A stretch of DNA of 64,000 bases from Basidiobolus meristosporus CBS 931.73 (taxonomy: Eukaryota; Fungi; Basidiobolomycota): the NCBI GenBank assembly GCA_002104905.1, contig MCFE01000484.1:1-64000 (forward strand). Reading direction: 5' to 3'. The notes under the pieces were generated by a model, which had not been told where the DNA came from, searched no databases, and saw only the letters and a program-made list of their open reading frames with translations. Position 1 is the first letter of the stretch. Every line of letters begins with the position of its first letter. This document shows, in pieces, positions 22,467 to 35,789 of the stretch. The translations under genes and the position numbers were made by a program.

Positions 22467-24497
22467 ATGAGTGGAGTACATACATCACCCTCCTTGAGGT
22501 GGTTTCAATTCCTCGACGGACAAGGCCTACGCTCCTTGGGTGTTTTTGCCATATTGGTATTTGCTTTCTATCTGCGATGGACTGTTGGCTTGAATCCCTA
22601 TTCTGGTAAACCGTTTTCCTCCCCACTTCGCTACACTTGGATACTGATCACCGCGTTGCCGACTTCTTTCCACCCAACGCGCACTTCACAAAGGTTATAG
22701 CACGCCCCCTTTGTACGGCGATTACGAGGCTCAGCGACACTGGATGGAAATCACGCTTCATCTGCCCATCTCCCAATGGTATCGATACGATCTACAGTAC
22801 TGGGGGCTGGACTACCCTCCGCTTACCGCATACGTAAGCTGGATATGCGGATACGTGTAAGTATTTTCTTCCCGTAACTGGCACTTACAGAGGTGTATAC
22901 TCACGATTTCGCTTCCGTTAGAGGCCAGTATTTCAACCCCGAGTGGTTTCTGCTTGATAGCTCACGTGGCTACGAGTCAGTTGAAAGCAAGCTGTACATG
23001 CGTGCCACGGTGATATTCTTCGAGTATTTGATATATATCCCGGCAATGGTGTTCTTTTATAAGCACTGGGCCAAGAATACCAACTGGAGCACCAAGGTAA
23101 GTCGAGTTCTAGTTGAGCCCATACAGCGGTGAGCATGGTCGTCATACTTGTCCAATATCCAGAACGCCGCATTGTTGCTGGTGTTGTTGCAACCGGCTCT
23201 GATCCTGATCGACAACGGCCATTTTCAGTATCCTTTTTTACGTTTCGCATGGCCAAGAGCTTCTCAATTATGTGCGAATCCTTGACCCGAGAAATCAAGA
23301 TACAACTCTATCATGCTCGGGCTCACTGCATGGGCTGTCGTTTGCTTCTTGTGCGACCTGGATGTCATCGGAAGTGTTATGTTTTGCTTGGCCCTAAGTT
23401 TCAAACAGATGGCTCTCTACTATGCATTGCCAATCTTCGCATATCTGCTAGGAAAGTGTATCAAGAGAAGGACGGAGGGGTAACTAACTTGAGCGCACCT
23501 GATCTTGTGGCCAAATAGCTCATTCTGCTTCGACCATCAACCAGATTCTTCCTTCTGATCAAGCTTGGGATTACCGTGGTGCTAACACTCGGCGTCTGTC
23601 TTGCCCCCTTTCTAACGTCGACGAGCGATCTACTCCAAGTGGCTCACCGTGTTTTCCCGGTCGCTAGAGGCCTTTACGAAGACAAAGTGGCTAATGTCTG
23701 GTGTGCCATTAGTATATTTGTTAAGCTTCGATCGTTGTTCAACCTCGAGAAGTTGGTTCAAATCAGGTACCCATACGTTCACAACAAGCACCCCTCTTTG
23801 TAATACGATGGCTAACGCTTTTCTAACGCAGCGCGTTGACTACGCTGTTGTGCTCGGCACCTTCGTTTGTCAACCTTTTGTTGAACCCCACCAAGAAGCG
23901 ACTGATCTATTCCTTATGCGTCGTTTCCCTCTCATTTTTCTTGTTTTCATTCCAAGTTCACGAGAAGACCATCCTCTTGCCAATTCTACCTGTCAGTATG
24001 TTGATCCTCGAGGAGCCGGTGGCGGTCCCCTGGTTCATCAATGTTGCCACCTTTAGGTAAGAATCCCCAATATATAAGTGGGTAACCGTGATGATAAGCT
24101 CTAACCGTTGCTCGTATGTGTAGCATGTTCCCGCTACTTAAGCGCGATGGACTGATGATTCCCTATTTCATCATGCTTTGCTTATGGAACTGGTTGGGAA
24201 ACTTCCTGGAACGGCCGAAGAAGTACACTCTCGTTCTAAATCTGGTAAGGATCTGGCTACCTGCGCTCGAAGGGCCTCAGCGTATCTAATCATTTTCGAA
24301 CCTGTATTTAGCTAAGTTATGTGACGATGGTGGCCATCCATGCATTGGAATTTCTGGTCGTTCCTCCCGCCAAATACCCCGACATCTTTACAATGCTGAA
24401 TGTCATCTTTTCCTGCGGGATGTTCACTCTATTCTTTGTGTATTTCAACTACAGACAGCTCACGACATCCACGAAGTCCAAGAAGAAAACCCAGTAG
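22467..24497 (+). CDS. ALG6: Dolichyl-P-Glc:Man9GlcNAc2 alpha-1,3-glucosyltransferase (multi-exon)
   Basis: [68 protein letters not shown]; C-terminal di-lysine ER signal KKKTQ. Confidence 0.95.
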
Positions 24498-25266
24498 GCT
24501 ACATGTACCTGCATCCTGGGAGTTGGACTGTAGCAATGGATACGGGCCTCATTTCAGCAGGAATAAACCAGTCATACCATCCATCCCTTGATTTCATGTA
24601 GATCTCCAAGACTCGTATCCTCTTCTACCTTGCTGGAATGAGAAACAGGCACCACTGGGCGCCTGAGACTAGGTTCTCAGTAATCATTCAGCGCGATTGA
24701 CAATACATGTGCGAGTGCCAATGCAGGTGATGTCCATTATTGGGTACGATCTTCCGCGCGAATATCCAATCAGACGTTCCTGTCAAAGGTCGTTGAAATC
24801 GCATTAGGCAATTTGTGGGATCGAACAGTCTGGCTTGATGAACATACACACCAATTTATAGTGGAGAATTAGATTACAACCAGATCTTGCCTGAAGCATT
24901 CGGATATACTTGGCATATGTTGTAATACATGCTTTCATGATTGGCCACGCTTGCCAATCGTGAAATATGGATATCATCGACTGACCAACCCTCAAGAAGT
25001 CCATGGTTTCTCCTCTATCGTAATGTCGGTTCGATTTGTTGGCATATAGCCTAAGCCTCACTCTGCAGAAACTTCATATAAAACCACGTATAAAAAAGCA
25101 GTCAATGCTTAAACAATTGATCGTTATTTCAAGGGCAGGTGTGTTTCAATCGACGTTATATCCTTTCTTGTGCCTTGTACCTTTATCACTCCGAGAAGCC
25201 CCTTTGGTGAGAATACAAGCAGCATAGTCCATTTCCATTCCTTACATTTGTGACTTGAGGCTGAGT

Positions 25267-27494
25267 ATGGATACCAGATTAACGAAATACATCAATGACC
25301 CTATTCACGTAAGTCGACCCCCCCCACACTCTGGTCTATCTGTCTCGACCTAACAGCCTTACTGCTTCTTCTCAACACCATAACCAAAGGGGTATATAAA
25401 TATCGACGAACATTGCTTGGACATAATTGATACCGAGCAATTCCAACGTTTACGCGACCTCAAACAACTTGGTCCGGCATATTTCGTTTTTCCAGGCGCT
25501 AGCCACAATCGTTTCGAACATTCCATAGGTACTGTTGTTCCGCAAGTGTGTTATTCAGGCAACATTCCGCTCGTTGCTAACTCTCTCTACACGAAGGCGT
25601 CTCCCACCTTGCGGGAACTCTGATTGAGCGGCTCAAAGCTAGCCAGCCTGAATTAGAAATCGACGAGCAGGACATCAAATGCGTAAAGCTAGCAGGGCTG
25701 TGCCATGATCTAGGTAGGTGTGTACTTAGCTCCGCGGGTTGGGACAGATATTCAACACACTCCATTCCGCAGGACATGGCCCTTTCAGCCATATATTTGA
25801 CAACGAGTTTATCCCGCGATCCAGGCAAGTCGGCGGTTTCGGATGAAGAATCCTTCGCACAGTTCTGCAAACAGAAAATCCAACCAACCAACCTTTTGTT
25901 TAGGCCTGATATCGTCTGGTCTCACGAGCAAGCCTCTGAGATGATGCTGGAGAACTTGATCGAAGAGAATTACATCGATATCGATAAACAAGAGATCGAC
26001 TTCATCAAAGATCTTATCATTGGAGAGTCAAGATCAACCAGGTAATAAGTCATAATTGTATGGTGCTCTGGTCGACCGGGCGTGCTAACGGATTGACGAA
26101 CCCATCACAAGCCAGCAACATGAGAAACGGTTTCTCTTTGACATTGTCGCCAACAAAAGAAACTCGGTTGATGTCGACAAATTTGACTACATCGAGCGTG
26201 ATTGCTACAACCTTGGCATCAAGAGCAGTTACGACTCATCAAGGTGCGTAACAGATTGATCATGGACCTCCCCTTTCTCCATGAGCTAGACTAATGTTTT
26301 TCAGGCTGATGACATTCAGTAGAGTGATTGACAATCAGATTTGCTTCCACCATAAGGAGGTATACAATATGTACGAAATGTTCCATACTCGCTACAGCCT
26401 GTTTAAAAGAATATATACTCATCGTGTGGGTAATGATGCATCAAATGGACTCTCGTTAATTCGATCCATACTAACCAATTCCCCACCGTCCAAAGGCAAA
26501 TCAATCGAATACATGATCATCGATGCCATGCTTGCCGCTGACCCATACCTCAACATCTCGAAGGCGATCGAAAGTCCGCAGGATTACTTGCATCTCACAG
26601 ATGACATCCTGAAGCAAATAGAAAGATCAAAGTCAGAGGTAAAGCATTGGGTGTACCAGGCGTACTTGGTCTTGCTACGTCTATTCATGATTAACCGTGT
26701 CTGTAGGAGCTGCTGCCAGCAAGACAAATTATTAAGCGTATTCGACAGCGCCAGCTGTACAAATTTGTAGATGAGTTCATAATTCCAAGCGAACTTAAGC
26801 AGTACCTGACCAAAGTAAGCCGTCTCTTTTTGTGTTAACTGGCTCATCGTCTGACTGCCTTTTATCTGGGAACAGTCAATGGTTAATGAGGAGCAGATCG
26901 TTGCTCAGCAGAAGACCGGAGACAATATCAAGCTTGAGGATGTCATCGTGGAGTGGCTGTCCATCAATTATGGTAAAAGGAGTCAAAATCCTGTAGATTC
27001 TATCAAATTCTTCTCCAGGTTCAATGGAGATGGTAACGAACTTCTCAGCCCATTCATTGTTGGGCACACCTAGTATTAACGCCCATTGCATCTTCAGAAG
27101 CGTTCTCCGTCCCAAAGACCAAGGTCAGCTATCTGGTTCCTGAGCATTTCGAAGAGATTGTTATTCGGGTATTTGCAAGAGACGTTACCAAGGTAGCTAC
27201 CTAACCTGTGTACTTGTTGGTCCCCTATTCTGATCTAGTACTCGTTCCTAGATACAACAAATCCAACTGGCTTTCCGGAGACTCTTGAAACAATTCAAGG
27301 GACGAATTCCAGAATCTCCCGACATCAACCTTGAGCCCAACTACGCACATACCTATCCCAACAACTTCAAAAGCCCCTCCAAAAGGCGATATGAACAACC
27401 GGATTCTTTAAATTCTAGCCCCACCAGAGTATTCAGCAATCCTGAGACCCCGTGCAAGAATGGCAAGATCAGGCTGGAGTTTTCCAGTATTTAA
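25267..27494 (+). CDS. SAMHD1: HD-domain dNTP triphosphohydrolase, SAMHD1-like without SAM domain (multi-exon)
   Basis: INDPIH|G...[38 protein letters not shown]|[43 protein letters not shown]. Confidence 0.92.
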
Positions 27495-28010
27495 CCTATC
27501 GGCCACTTGATTTCTAGATACGCTACTTCTTCGCTTCTGACCAAGCCCCGTAAACCCGATATCCCCGGAAAGCTTTGTGAGCCGAGCATTGTATAGAAGC
27601 TAGGATATCCAACCCTATATGTGCACCAAGATCACTTCCTAAATAAACACATTGCATGCTGTGCATTCGTTTAAACACAGATGCCCTTCAGTTAAGCGTG
27701 ATTAAAAACCCTTGACCCTTAAGCGCCCGAAAATCGAGGGATGGAAATTGGGGAAAACTGGGCCTTTAATGTTGATTTGATGGCGAAAATTTCTTTCGCA
27801 TTATGACCCTCGGGAAGATTGATATTTCATTCCAACACTTCCAGTCCAAAAGGAATAGCGTTCTGTACTGAAAGGTAGGAATCCCCACCCCGCAAACCAC
27901 GAAGGTGTTCACCCCCGGCTGAAGACCTCCGTCTCTGTCTACCGTGTAGCGTAGATACCCTCCCACCTAACGAGCAGCCCACTAAACCTTTCCCAATTGT
28001 AACATCTAGC

Positions 28011-28389
28011 ATGGTCGTTCGTATTCGTCTCACCCGTCTTGGTCGTAAAAACCTTCCCTTCTACCACTTAGTGGTCGCCAACGCAAGATCCCCACGCGAC
28101 CGTAGACACTTGGAACATATCGGTACATATAACCCACTTCCTGACAACGAGGGCGTCAAGCACGTTAGCATGAACATGGAGCGAGTGAAATATTGGCTAT
28201 CGGTTGGTGCCCAGCCCTCCGACCCGGTCCAAAAGCTCCTTTCCAAGGTAAAGTAACTCTACCAGTCTCACACGAAGCTCGCAGAAACTCACCACTGTCC
28301 TGCCCTCCCCTCTGTAGGCCGGAATCATTCCCAGCAAGCCCAAGCCCACCCCCAAGAACTCCGGTACTTCCGGTAAAGTTCAACGCTAG
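28011..28389 (+). CDS. MRPS16: Mitochondrial ribosomal protein S16 (bS16m), 2 exons
   Basis: MVVRIRLTRLGRKNLPFYHLVVANARSPRD...IGTYNP...VKYWLSVGAQPSDPVQKLLSK|AGII. Confidence 0.93.
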
Positions 28390-28649
28390 ATTTGGAGAAG
28401 GTTCGTCGCCTCACCTCCACCTCCCCTTCCCCTTGACGAGCGAGTGGCGTCCCCCCTTTTCACCCTCACCGACCATACATCCCATTGCATCTTTCTTCAT
28501 AACTTCCCATGTCTTTGGTACCTTCGATTTGATCATTAAAACACTCTTGTTATGATGTATTCCAGAACTGGACTGGTTGTCGTTGGTGGAGCGAATGCCA
28601 GGCAGCACGGTTTACCTGGCTGTTGCCAGGAAAGCGAAGCGAAGGAAGG

Positions 28650-28677
28650 GAATTGGAATGGAATGGAATGGAATAGA
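28650..28677. repeat. (GGAAT)n microsatellite
   Basis: gaattggaatggaatggaatggaatag. Confidence 0.8.
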
Positions 28678-28959
28678 GAACAAGGGAGGGATTTTGCGGC
28701 TGGAGATGTACGATGTGTTCCGGATCGGGGAATGGGCCAACCCACCTCTCCGTCCCACGCCGGATCCATTTTCAGATGGTAACACTGTTGGTCGGTTTCA
28801 TATCGTGCCATTGGGTTTCTCTTCCGCCTGCTCTTCCTGGATGCTATCTCCGCTGAGGTCGTCTTACCTCCGTCCCAAGCCCCAAGATATTGATCAATTC
28901 ATCTCCCATCCGGACGGCCAATCTTAACTCGCTTTCATTTCCCCACAGTGTGGTCGGTA

Positions 28960-28971
28960 GGTCACGTGACC
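28960..28971. promoter_or_regulatory. Perfect palindromic E-box GGTCACGTGACC ~320 bp upstream of the globin
   Basis: Motif seen directly; a regulatory role is inference (bHLH/Cbf1/SREBP-type site). Confidence 0.35.
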
Positions 28972-29290
28972 AGGGGGATCCCATCGACCCGAGTAGTCAT
29001 AGTATCCCAGGACACAAGGTCCAGGCTTTAGTGTATCTCACGAGGTCACGGCTGATTGGAGGTTATGGGGTAACAGAAGCGGACGAACATTAGACTAGAG
29101 GATACCCAGCAAGCCCATCTCCATGTGACACCGTGGGGTGACCTTAAAATCTTGGTCGGACACCGGTTTGGAATCGACCAGGGAAACGCTTTAAAACGGG
29201 GTTGGGGGATGGAGGGGACTCGATATCGCCATTCACTTGGTCAGCCTGGAGGGTCGGAAATCCTCCTCCTCCCCGGAATCACCGCCTCCC

Positions 29291-29824
29291 ATGGAACTTT
29301 GCGGTAAAGATGGCCTGAAGCCGGACTCGACCGGGCATGAGCAACGCCCACGGATCAAATCCTTCGCCAGTCTACAGAGCGCCGACCTACCGGTCTCGGC
29401 GGACGATGAGCCGCTGCTCGAGACCCTAGGGGAGCATCGGGTGGAACAGATGGTGGAACTCTTCTACAACTACAACCTCAGGGATGAGGTCACCCGTGGC
29501 TTCTTCCAAGGGGTGAACATCGAGAGGTTGCAGCGGATGCAGACCCGCTTCCTGGTCCACATCCTGGGCGGCCACCCGATGAACACCGGAAAGATGCGTT
29601 CCGCGCACAAACGCTTGCTGGACCTCGGGGACGTCCATTTCGACGCCTTCCTCGCCAACATCCATCGCGCCTGTCACGAGCTGAAGTTCGCCCCCAAGGT
29701 GACCCACCGGATCATGACCTCCGCCGAGGCCACCCGGGCCGACGTCCTCGGCAAGAACCCCTACCTGAAGTTGAAAAGCTCCCGGCAATGCCTCAAAGAT
29801 CACGAATCCACCGTGTCCCGTTGA
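29291..29824 (+). CDS. Group I truncated (2/2) hemoglobin, trHbN/GlbN-like
   Basis: VELFY (B9-B10 Phe-Tyr), RGFF (CD1), RLQRMQTRFL, LGG motif, MRSAH (proximal F8 His), HFDAF; ~40-aa N-terminal extension; intronless. Start codon uncertain. Confidence 0.88.
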   Translation: MELCGKDGLKPDSTGHEQRPRIKSFASLQSADLPVSADDEPLLETLGEHRVEQMVELFYNYNLRDEVTRGFFQGVNIERLQRMQTRFLVHILGGHPMNTGKMRSAHKRLLDLGDVHFDAFLANIHRACHELKFAPKVTHRIMTSAEATRADVLGKNPYLKLKSSRQCLKDHESTVSR

Positions 29825-31109
29825 CCCTCGGCGGTCCCCTGCCCCACTTGACCCAACCCCCACCCCAACCGCCCCTTCTTTCCCCGCCCGCATCCTGCGT
29901 TGCCGTGTAGATTGCGAACACCCCCTCCCCACTCGCACCCGACCGTTTGATTCCTGGTGGCTCGTAGGAGCCCCTCGTTGCATCGAATCTCTTCCAGCTC
30001 TTCTTCCAGGTAACGCACCCAACCGGGCAAATCTCCCACGAACACCCTCCCCCAACCGGGATGCCCGAGCGGTCCCAGCCAGCCGAATCGGGGCCGGTGT
30101 CAGCGGCCGGGTCCGCGTCCCCACCCCCACCCTCACCCTCGTCCACGTTCACATCACCTTTGGCCAAACCAGGCTTCTAGTCTAGTCTCGGTCGAACGCA
30201 TTCAGTACACAACCCTACGGTTCGTAATAAAGTTCTTTGCCCCGTAAATTCTGTCCCTGATCTTTCACCAGGTGTTGCGGGAGGTCGATGGTCGTGTCGT
30301 GTCGTGGCGTGGTGGGTGCTTGCCCATATAGGTTATCGGGGGGGGGAGTTGAAGATTCGGGGAGATCCTCATCGGTGGTTCAAAAAGGAGAAGGAGGTAG
30401 TAGGGCGGAGACGGGGACGAGGGCGGGAGCGGGAGCGGGAGCGACAACAGGAGAAGCTGGTGGTACCGCGTGTGTCCATCCGAGAATCGTGCGCTGGAAA
30501 CCCGATCGGATCAAGGGGATCTGTTGGTGTCAGGTCGCCTTCCAGTCCATCTCCAGTGACTTCTCAAGTCTGAGCCTGTAGACGTCGGATTGCCCATTTT
30601 CCAAGCCCAAACTCCGGCCCAACCGGAAGCTCAAACCCAATCTCTCGGGATCCTGGTGCCGGATTAGGGGAGGCTGACGTCCGTGCGGTGGACCCGGGAA
30701 GGACGCTGGCCCAGACCCCATGGAGTCCATCGGGTGGACTGGTGGGTGCTCTGCAAAGTCGTGCCCCACCCACACCAGACGCGCTATCCCCATTGGTTTG
30801 GCGCTCAAGGTTTCACCGGGACTCGGTGGGTTCATGGTCGTCCTCATCCCCTCCAGCGGGAATGCTCATCCATTGGTTAAACGGCTTTGGCACAATCTTG
30901 GCATGTATTGAATGTTCCTATGATGGTGTCTTGACAAAGGTCCATGTACCACACCCCACACCCCATGCTTCATATACATTACATGCTACCAGCATCCTAG
31001 GAGCCCACCATCAAGCATAGCCCTGTTCACTAACATTGGGAGAACAGGTAGATTGTGTGGCTTTCACCCAACAATTCATTGAATGTCCAAGTGGTATTTG
31101 TGCTTTCAC

Positions 31110-32930
31110 ATGGTCCAGGCAAGGCAACCATGTAGAATATGTTCAGGAAGCTCCCAAGAGCATGCAAGCAAACCTTGGGGGCCTTTCAACAACTTTGAGG
31201 ATTTTCATGTCCAGTGTACCTGATATTCTGGTGAAAGGTTCAAGGTGAATCCCATTCCAGAATCAGGGCTATGTACTCAAAGGTTCCTAGGCCACAATCC
31301 AAGTGACTAAGCCAAGTGAATGTTTAGGAGTGATCACAAAATTTTCAACACCATGCCACTTGCAATTCCTGAATGGGGAGCTTCTTGAGGATGTGTATAT
31401 GGTTCAACCTTATGGGGTTGTTGACAAACATAGCCCCCATTTGGTCTGCAAGCTCCAAAAGTCCCTATGCAGCCTCAAACAATCCCCAAGACCTTGGAAT
31501 GCAGGAGAGACTCTTATTTGATGCCACCAAGTCTCCAGAGTTGCTCTCAACTGTTTCAATTTTGTAATCACACCTAAATATTCATTTGACTTATTCACTT
31601 AGATCATAGTCTGCAATGCTCAGAGAACTCTTGCCAAGCTCCTTTTTGGAACATGCCTAGAGTATATTACCAGAATATCAGGTACCCTGGAAATGAAGGA
31701 TTGCCAAGTTGTCCCAACTGCCCCAAACTTTGCACACATTTTTTGGGACATTTCAGGGCATGTTTGGTGTTAGTTGTGCCAAAGCCATGTAAAAGTGCAT
31801 GTGTTGCATTTGCATACAGTAAATTATCCAGTGAAAGCTCCCATAAGTACTGCGGAGATGTCAGAGGTGATCTTGAATCCAAGCAGATTATGTCGCTTTT
31901 GTTGTATGAGTTTTGGAGATATTAAGAGTATTTAGGAGAACCAGTAGATTATGCATTTATTACTTAATGACTTATTGAATGTAAAAGTGGTATTTATACT
32001 TTCATGTGATCTTGGCAGAATAAGCATGAGCAATATGCTTAGGAAGGTCCCAAGTGCTGCAATATTCTGAGGAGTATTGGAAGTGATGTGGAGAACTAGA
32101 GGATTTACATGTTATTCACTTTTAAATTTATTGATCAAAGGTATGGTATTTATACTTTTGATAACATAGAGCATGCAGATGAGTAAAGTTTGTTAAGGTA
32201 GGTCCCTAGAGTATGTGTGCAAAGTTTGGGGGCTTTTGGATAACTTTGAGAAAGATTATAATCTGTACCTGATAATCTGGTGTAAATATTCTAAGTAATA
32301 CTCAACAAGATATTTGTTCAGGACAGAATGCTAATCAAAGAATAAGATTTATGTGACCATGCTTGCATGAATATTTAGGTGACAACTGTTGTAAAAATTT
32401 GTATTTCCACCTAAATATTCACCTGACTTAGTCACTTAGATCATTACCTTCAAATCGTAGAGAATACTGACCAAATTCCTTGTTGGGATTTACTTAGAAT
32501 ATTTACCCAGAACATGAAAATTCTCAAAGTTGCCCAAACAGCCCCAAACTTTGCGCACATGCTCTTGGGACCTTCCTTAACCTATTCTACATGTTTGTAA
32601 TGCTAAGACCAGGTAAAAGTATAAATACTACTTTTACATTCAATAAATCATTAAGTGAAAACCACATAATCTACTTGTTCTCCCAATCACTTCCAATATC
32701 TCCAAAACTCTTACAACAACAACTTGTTAATTACAAGACCAAGAGCATGTGCGCAAAGCTTGAGTCTGTTTTGACAGCTTTGAGAAATTTCATGCTTTTG
32801 CGCATAATGTTTTGGTGAGAATATCCTAATTTAATCAAAACAAGGAGTTTGGTCAGAATTCTCAAATATTTGTAGGTAATGATCCAAGTGACTAAGTTAT
32901 GTGAGTATTTAGGTGCAATTACAAGTCTTT
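31110..32930. repeat. Cluster of fold-back-like repeats: at least 5 copies of a ~250-350-bp unit in alternating orientation
   Basis: Shared motifs CACCTAAATATTCA.C.GACTTAGTCACTTAGATCAT and CCCCAAACTTTGC.CACAT at ~31110-31345(-), 31560-31780(+), 32190-32385(-), 32405-32600(+), 32740-32930(-). Confidence 0.7.
31350..31500 (+). mobile_element. Ty1/Copia reverse transcriptase fragment lying between inverted arms
   Basis: [17 protein letters not shown]...[19 protein letters not shown]. Confidence 0.85.
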
Positions 32931-33099
32931 ACATCACTCCAACTCTACCAAATACCCAAATCAACTAGTCCTAATAGCTATCTGGGATATTCAGTTTTGT
33001 CTGCAGTCATTTCATCTGTATGACAGTTAACTACTCTAGCTAAGTGCTCTACTATAGCCTCACATGAAGTAATGTCTTATATCCATATGCCAAGTTCTA

Positions 33100-35780
33100 G
33101 CATAAAAAGCTGAATCTCTACCTTATGGCACTGCAAGGTATAGCACTTCATCTGCCAGTCTTTGTAATAAATCCTTGCAATATTCAAGCATATATTCTTG
33201 AGCACTGCTCTTGAAGAAGTTTTGCAATCTTATAGTATTCCTATTAATGCACCAAAATTCCACTGTAATCAATTCAATAGTCTTTTGAGTTCTTGATGTT
33301 GTTGCTTTGTCTCTCAGTGGAATCTCCACTCTGTCAACAATGGAGGACATGAAGGCTGTGGTAGACAAATTGCCTTTCTCTGCAGTTCATCTACCTCACT
33401 GGAGTGTAGCTCAACTGGCTGCATGTCCAAGTCTTGTGAGAATAGCAGATGCCTTCTCTGTATATTTTCTTTGCAATTATAGATCTCTGCAGAGCTGCAA
33501 ACTGACCACAATGCCCAGTCAAATACAAATGCAACAGATGCAGTACCTCCGGTGAAAGACCAGCAAATGACAATCATGACACCACCATCACTATTGTTAG
33601 CAGGTATTATGTTGGTTCCTATCAAAGTAGTGATGGGACAATTGGGTGCAGTTGCTGATAGGATATATGCAATGGCCCAGAGAAATTAGGAAATAGACCA
33701 GAAACAGGATGAGCAGACAAAAGGTGTAGAGCAATCAATAACTCAGGTAAAGAAAGCAGTATCTTTCCTGCAAAGAAGAAACTTGAGTAGCTCCATGTCA
33801 CAGCCAAGAATTGAGCCATTTCCCAGTGTAACAGTAGAGGAACACCATATAGTCTCTGAGGCACAACAACAGTGCCCAAAGATAAAGCACACAGAAATAC
33901 CTATCAAAGCATGGGAGAGAGAAAATGAAGTATTTATACCACAGCCTAAAAATCAAAAGACACTGAAGATCTGTGAAGCTGCTCAGTGCAATGCTAACAA
34001 GTGGGCTAATATTGAGAGGCTGTTAAAAGTCTGGCATGTCAACACCTTAGGGCCTGCATTTCCATGGGACTATCAGGAACTTAAGGCCAAGCAGAGTGTG
34101 CTTTAGTTGTTCCATGAGCATTATTCTGGATTCAGGCAAGAAAACTGATTTTAGGCTAGCATTGGTATGCTAAGAAAGTATCTCAAGAGTAGCAGAGACT
34201 ATCAGAGGCAGAATAACAACAGAGCAATGGCCAAAAACCAGTAGCTTCCTCAAGAGCCTGTTACAAGCAGTGCCAAAAGCTCCAAGCAAGCATCAAGGAG
34301 ATATCAGGTAGCTGGAAAGGTGCTGATAAGGGAAAAGCAGGCAGACACAGATGCACCTGCACATCATTTATCAAGGAAAAAGCATAGTTCCACTCAAGAG
34401 GTGCTCAGTCAAAGTAGCAGTGAAGGCCCTGGCAGTAATAAAAACCAGTGGCTACCCTAGGAGATCATCACACCATGAGCTGAGAGCTTGAAACAAGCAG
34501 GAAAAAAGCATTAGTGCTCCCACAGAGTGCCTGCAAGGGACAAGCAGGCCAAAAAGATGCATCAGAGCAGCATTTATCAAGGAGAAAATGTAGTTCAATA
34601 AAAGAAGTACTCAGATAGATTAGCAGTGAATGACCTGGCAGTGATGAAAGACAAGGAAAGGGAAAAAAGTCTACCCAAGCCAGAGATAGGGAAGCACAAG
34701 AAAGAAGCTGCAGTTCTTGCCAATTAATGCCAAAAGCTTGGAACTGACTGAATCCCATCATAGCCAAATTACCAACACAAAAACAGCTGCTTTCACAAGA
34801 GTTGGAAGCACCAACAGTTGAGCTAAACACTAGTGAGGTAGATGAGTTTGCAGAGAATGGCAGTTTGTCTACCACAGCCTCCACATCCTCCATTGTTGAC
34901 AGAGTGGAGATCCCACTGACAGAGAAAGCAACAATGTTAAGAACTCAAAAGGTTGTTGTAATGCCTTCAGTGGAGTTTTGGAACATTAATAGGCACACCT
35001 AGAGGTTGCAGAACTTCTTCAAGAGCAGTGCTCAAGGAAATGCACTTGAATATTGCATGGATTTATTGCAAAGACTAGCAGATGAGGTGCTAGACCTTGC
35101 AGTGCAAGCTGAAGACCATGATGTATGGAAACCAGTGAATGAACAGTGGTATAAAGCTGTGGGTTTCCTGCCAAAGTCATGGATACAGAGTATTACAGCA
35201 GAAATACTCACTGGGTGATGGATTTTAATGAAGTTACTTGTTGAGTGTGGGGTTGGGCTTAATATTAGTGTAGGGTATAGGGACTTGTATAGGCCAAAAC
35301 AATATGGCAATTGAGGTACAACTGAAGTTTCAAATCAAATAAATCAATTTGTATGCATGAAGAGTGAGAGAAATAATTGAGTCAGGAAGTAAGGAGAGTG
35401 AAAAGAGGCAATAGCCAGCCAATGCACACAAATGTTGGAGGTGCTAGAGTGTCCAGGAACAGAAAGTGAGAAAATTGGCAGCAAACCAATCAAAAGCCAC
35501 TTTTGTTTTGTTGTGATGAAAAATTTTGACCAAGTTTTTTGTGAAATCTGGGGAGCAATTATTTTTGGCAGTCTTTGCATGGTGTCCTGATACAGTCAAT
35601 ATCATTTAGTCTTGGGACTTTAAATTTGTGACAGCCTTTTGACAGGATTGTCACAATGATAATTCATAAGGATTTCTTATTGTGATGAATTATTTTGCTC
35701 AAGTTTCTTGTAAAATTTGGGGTGCAGTTTTTTAACTGACTTTGCCCAATGTCCTGACAGGATCAAGTCACTAGTCATGA
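33100..35780. mobile_element. Decayed fragments of the accessory ORF and subterminal region of the CMC/Tnp2-like DNA transposon family
   Basis: Peptides homologous to 37340-40120 (QPRIEPFPSVTVEEHH, NFFKSSAQ, LLQRLADEVLDLAVQAED) at 33100-33400(-) and 33480-35340(+); subterminal GTCCTGACAGGATC repeats at 35580-35780. Confidence 0.65.
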
Positions 35781-35789
35781 GATTCTAAT

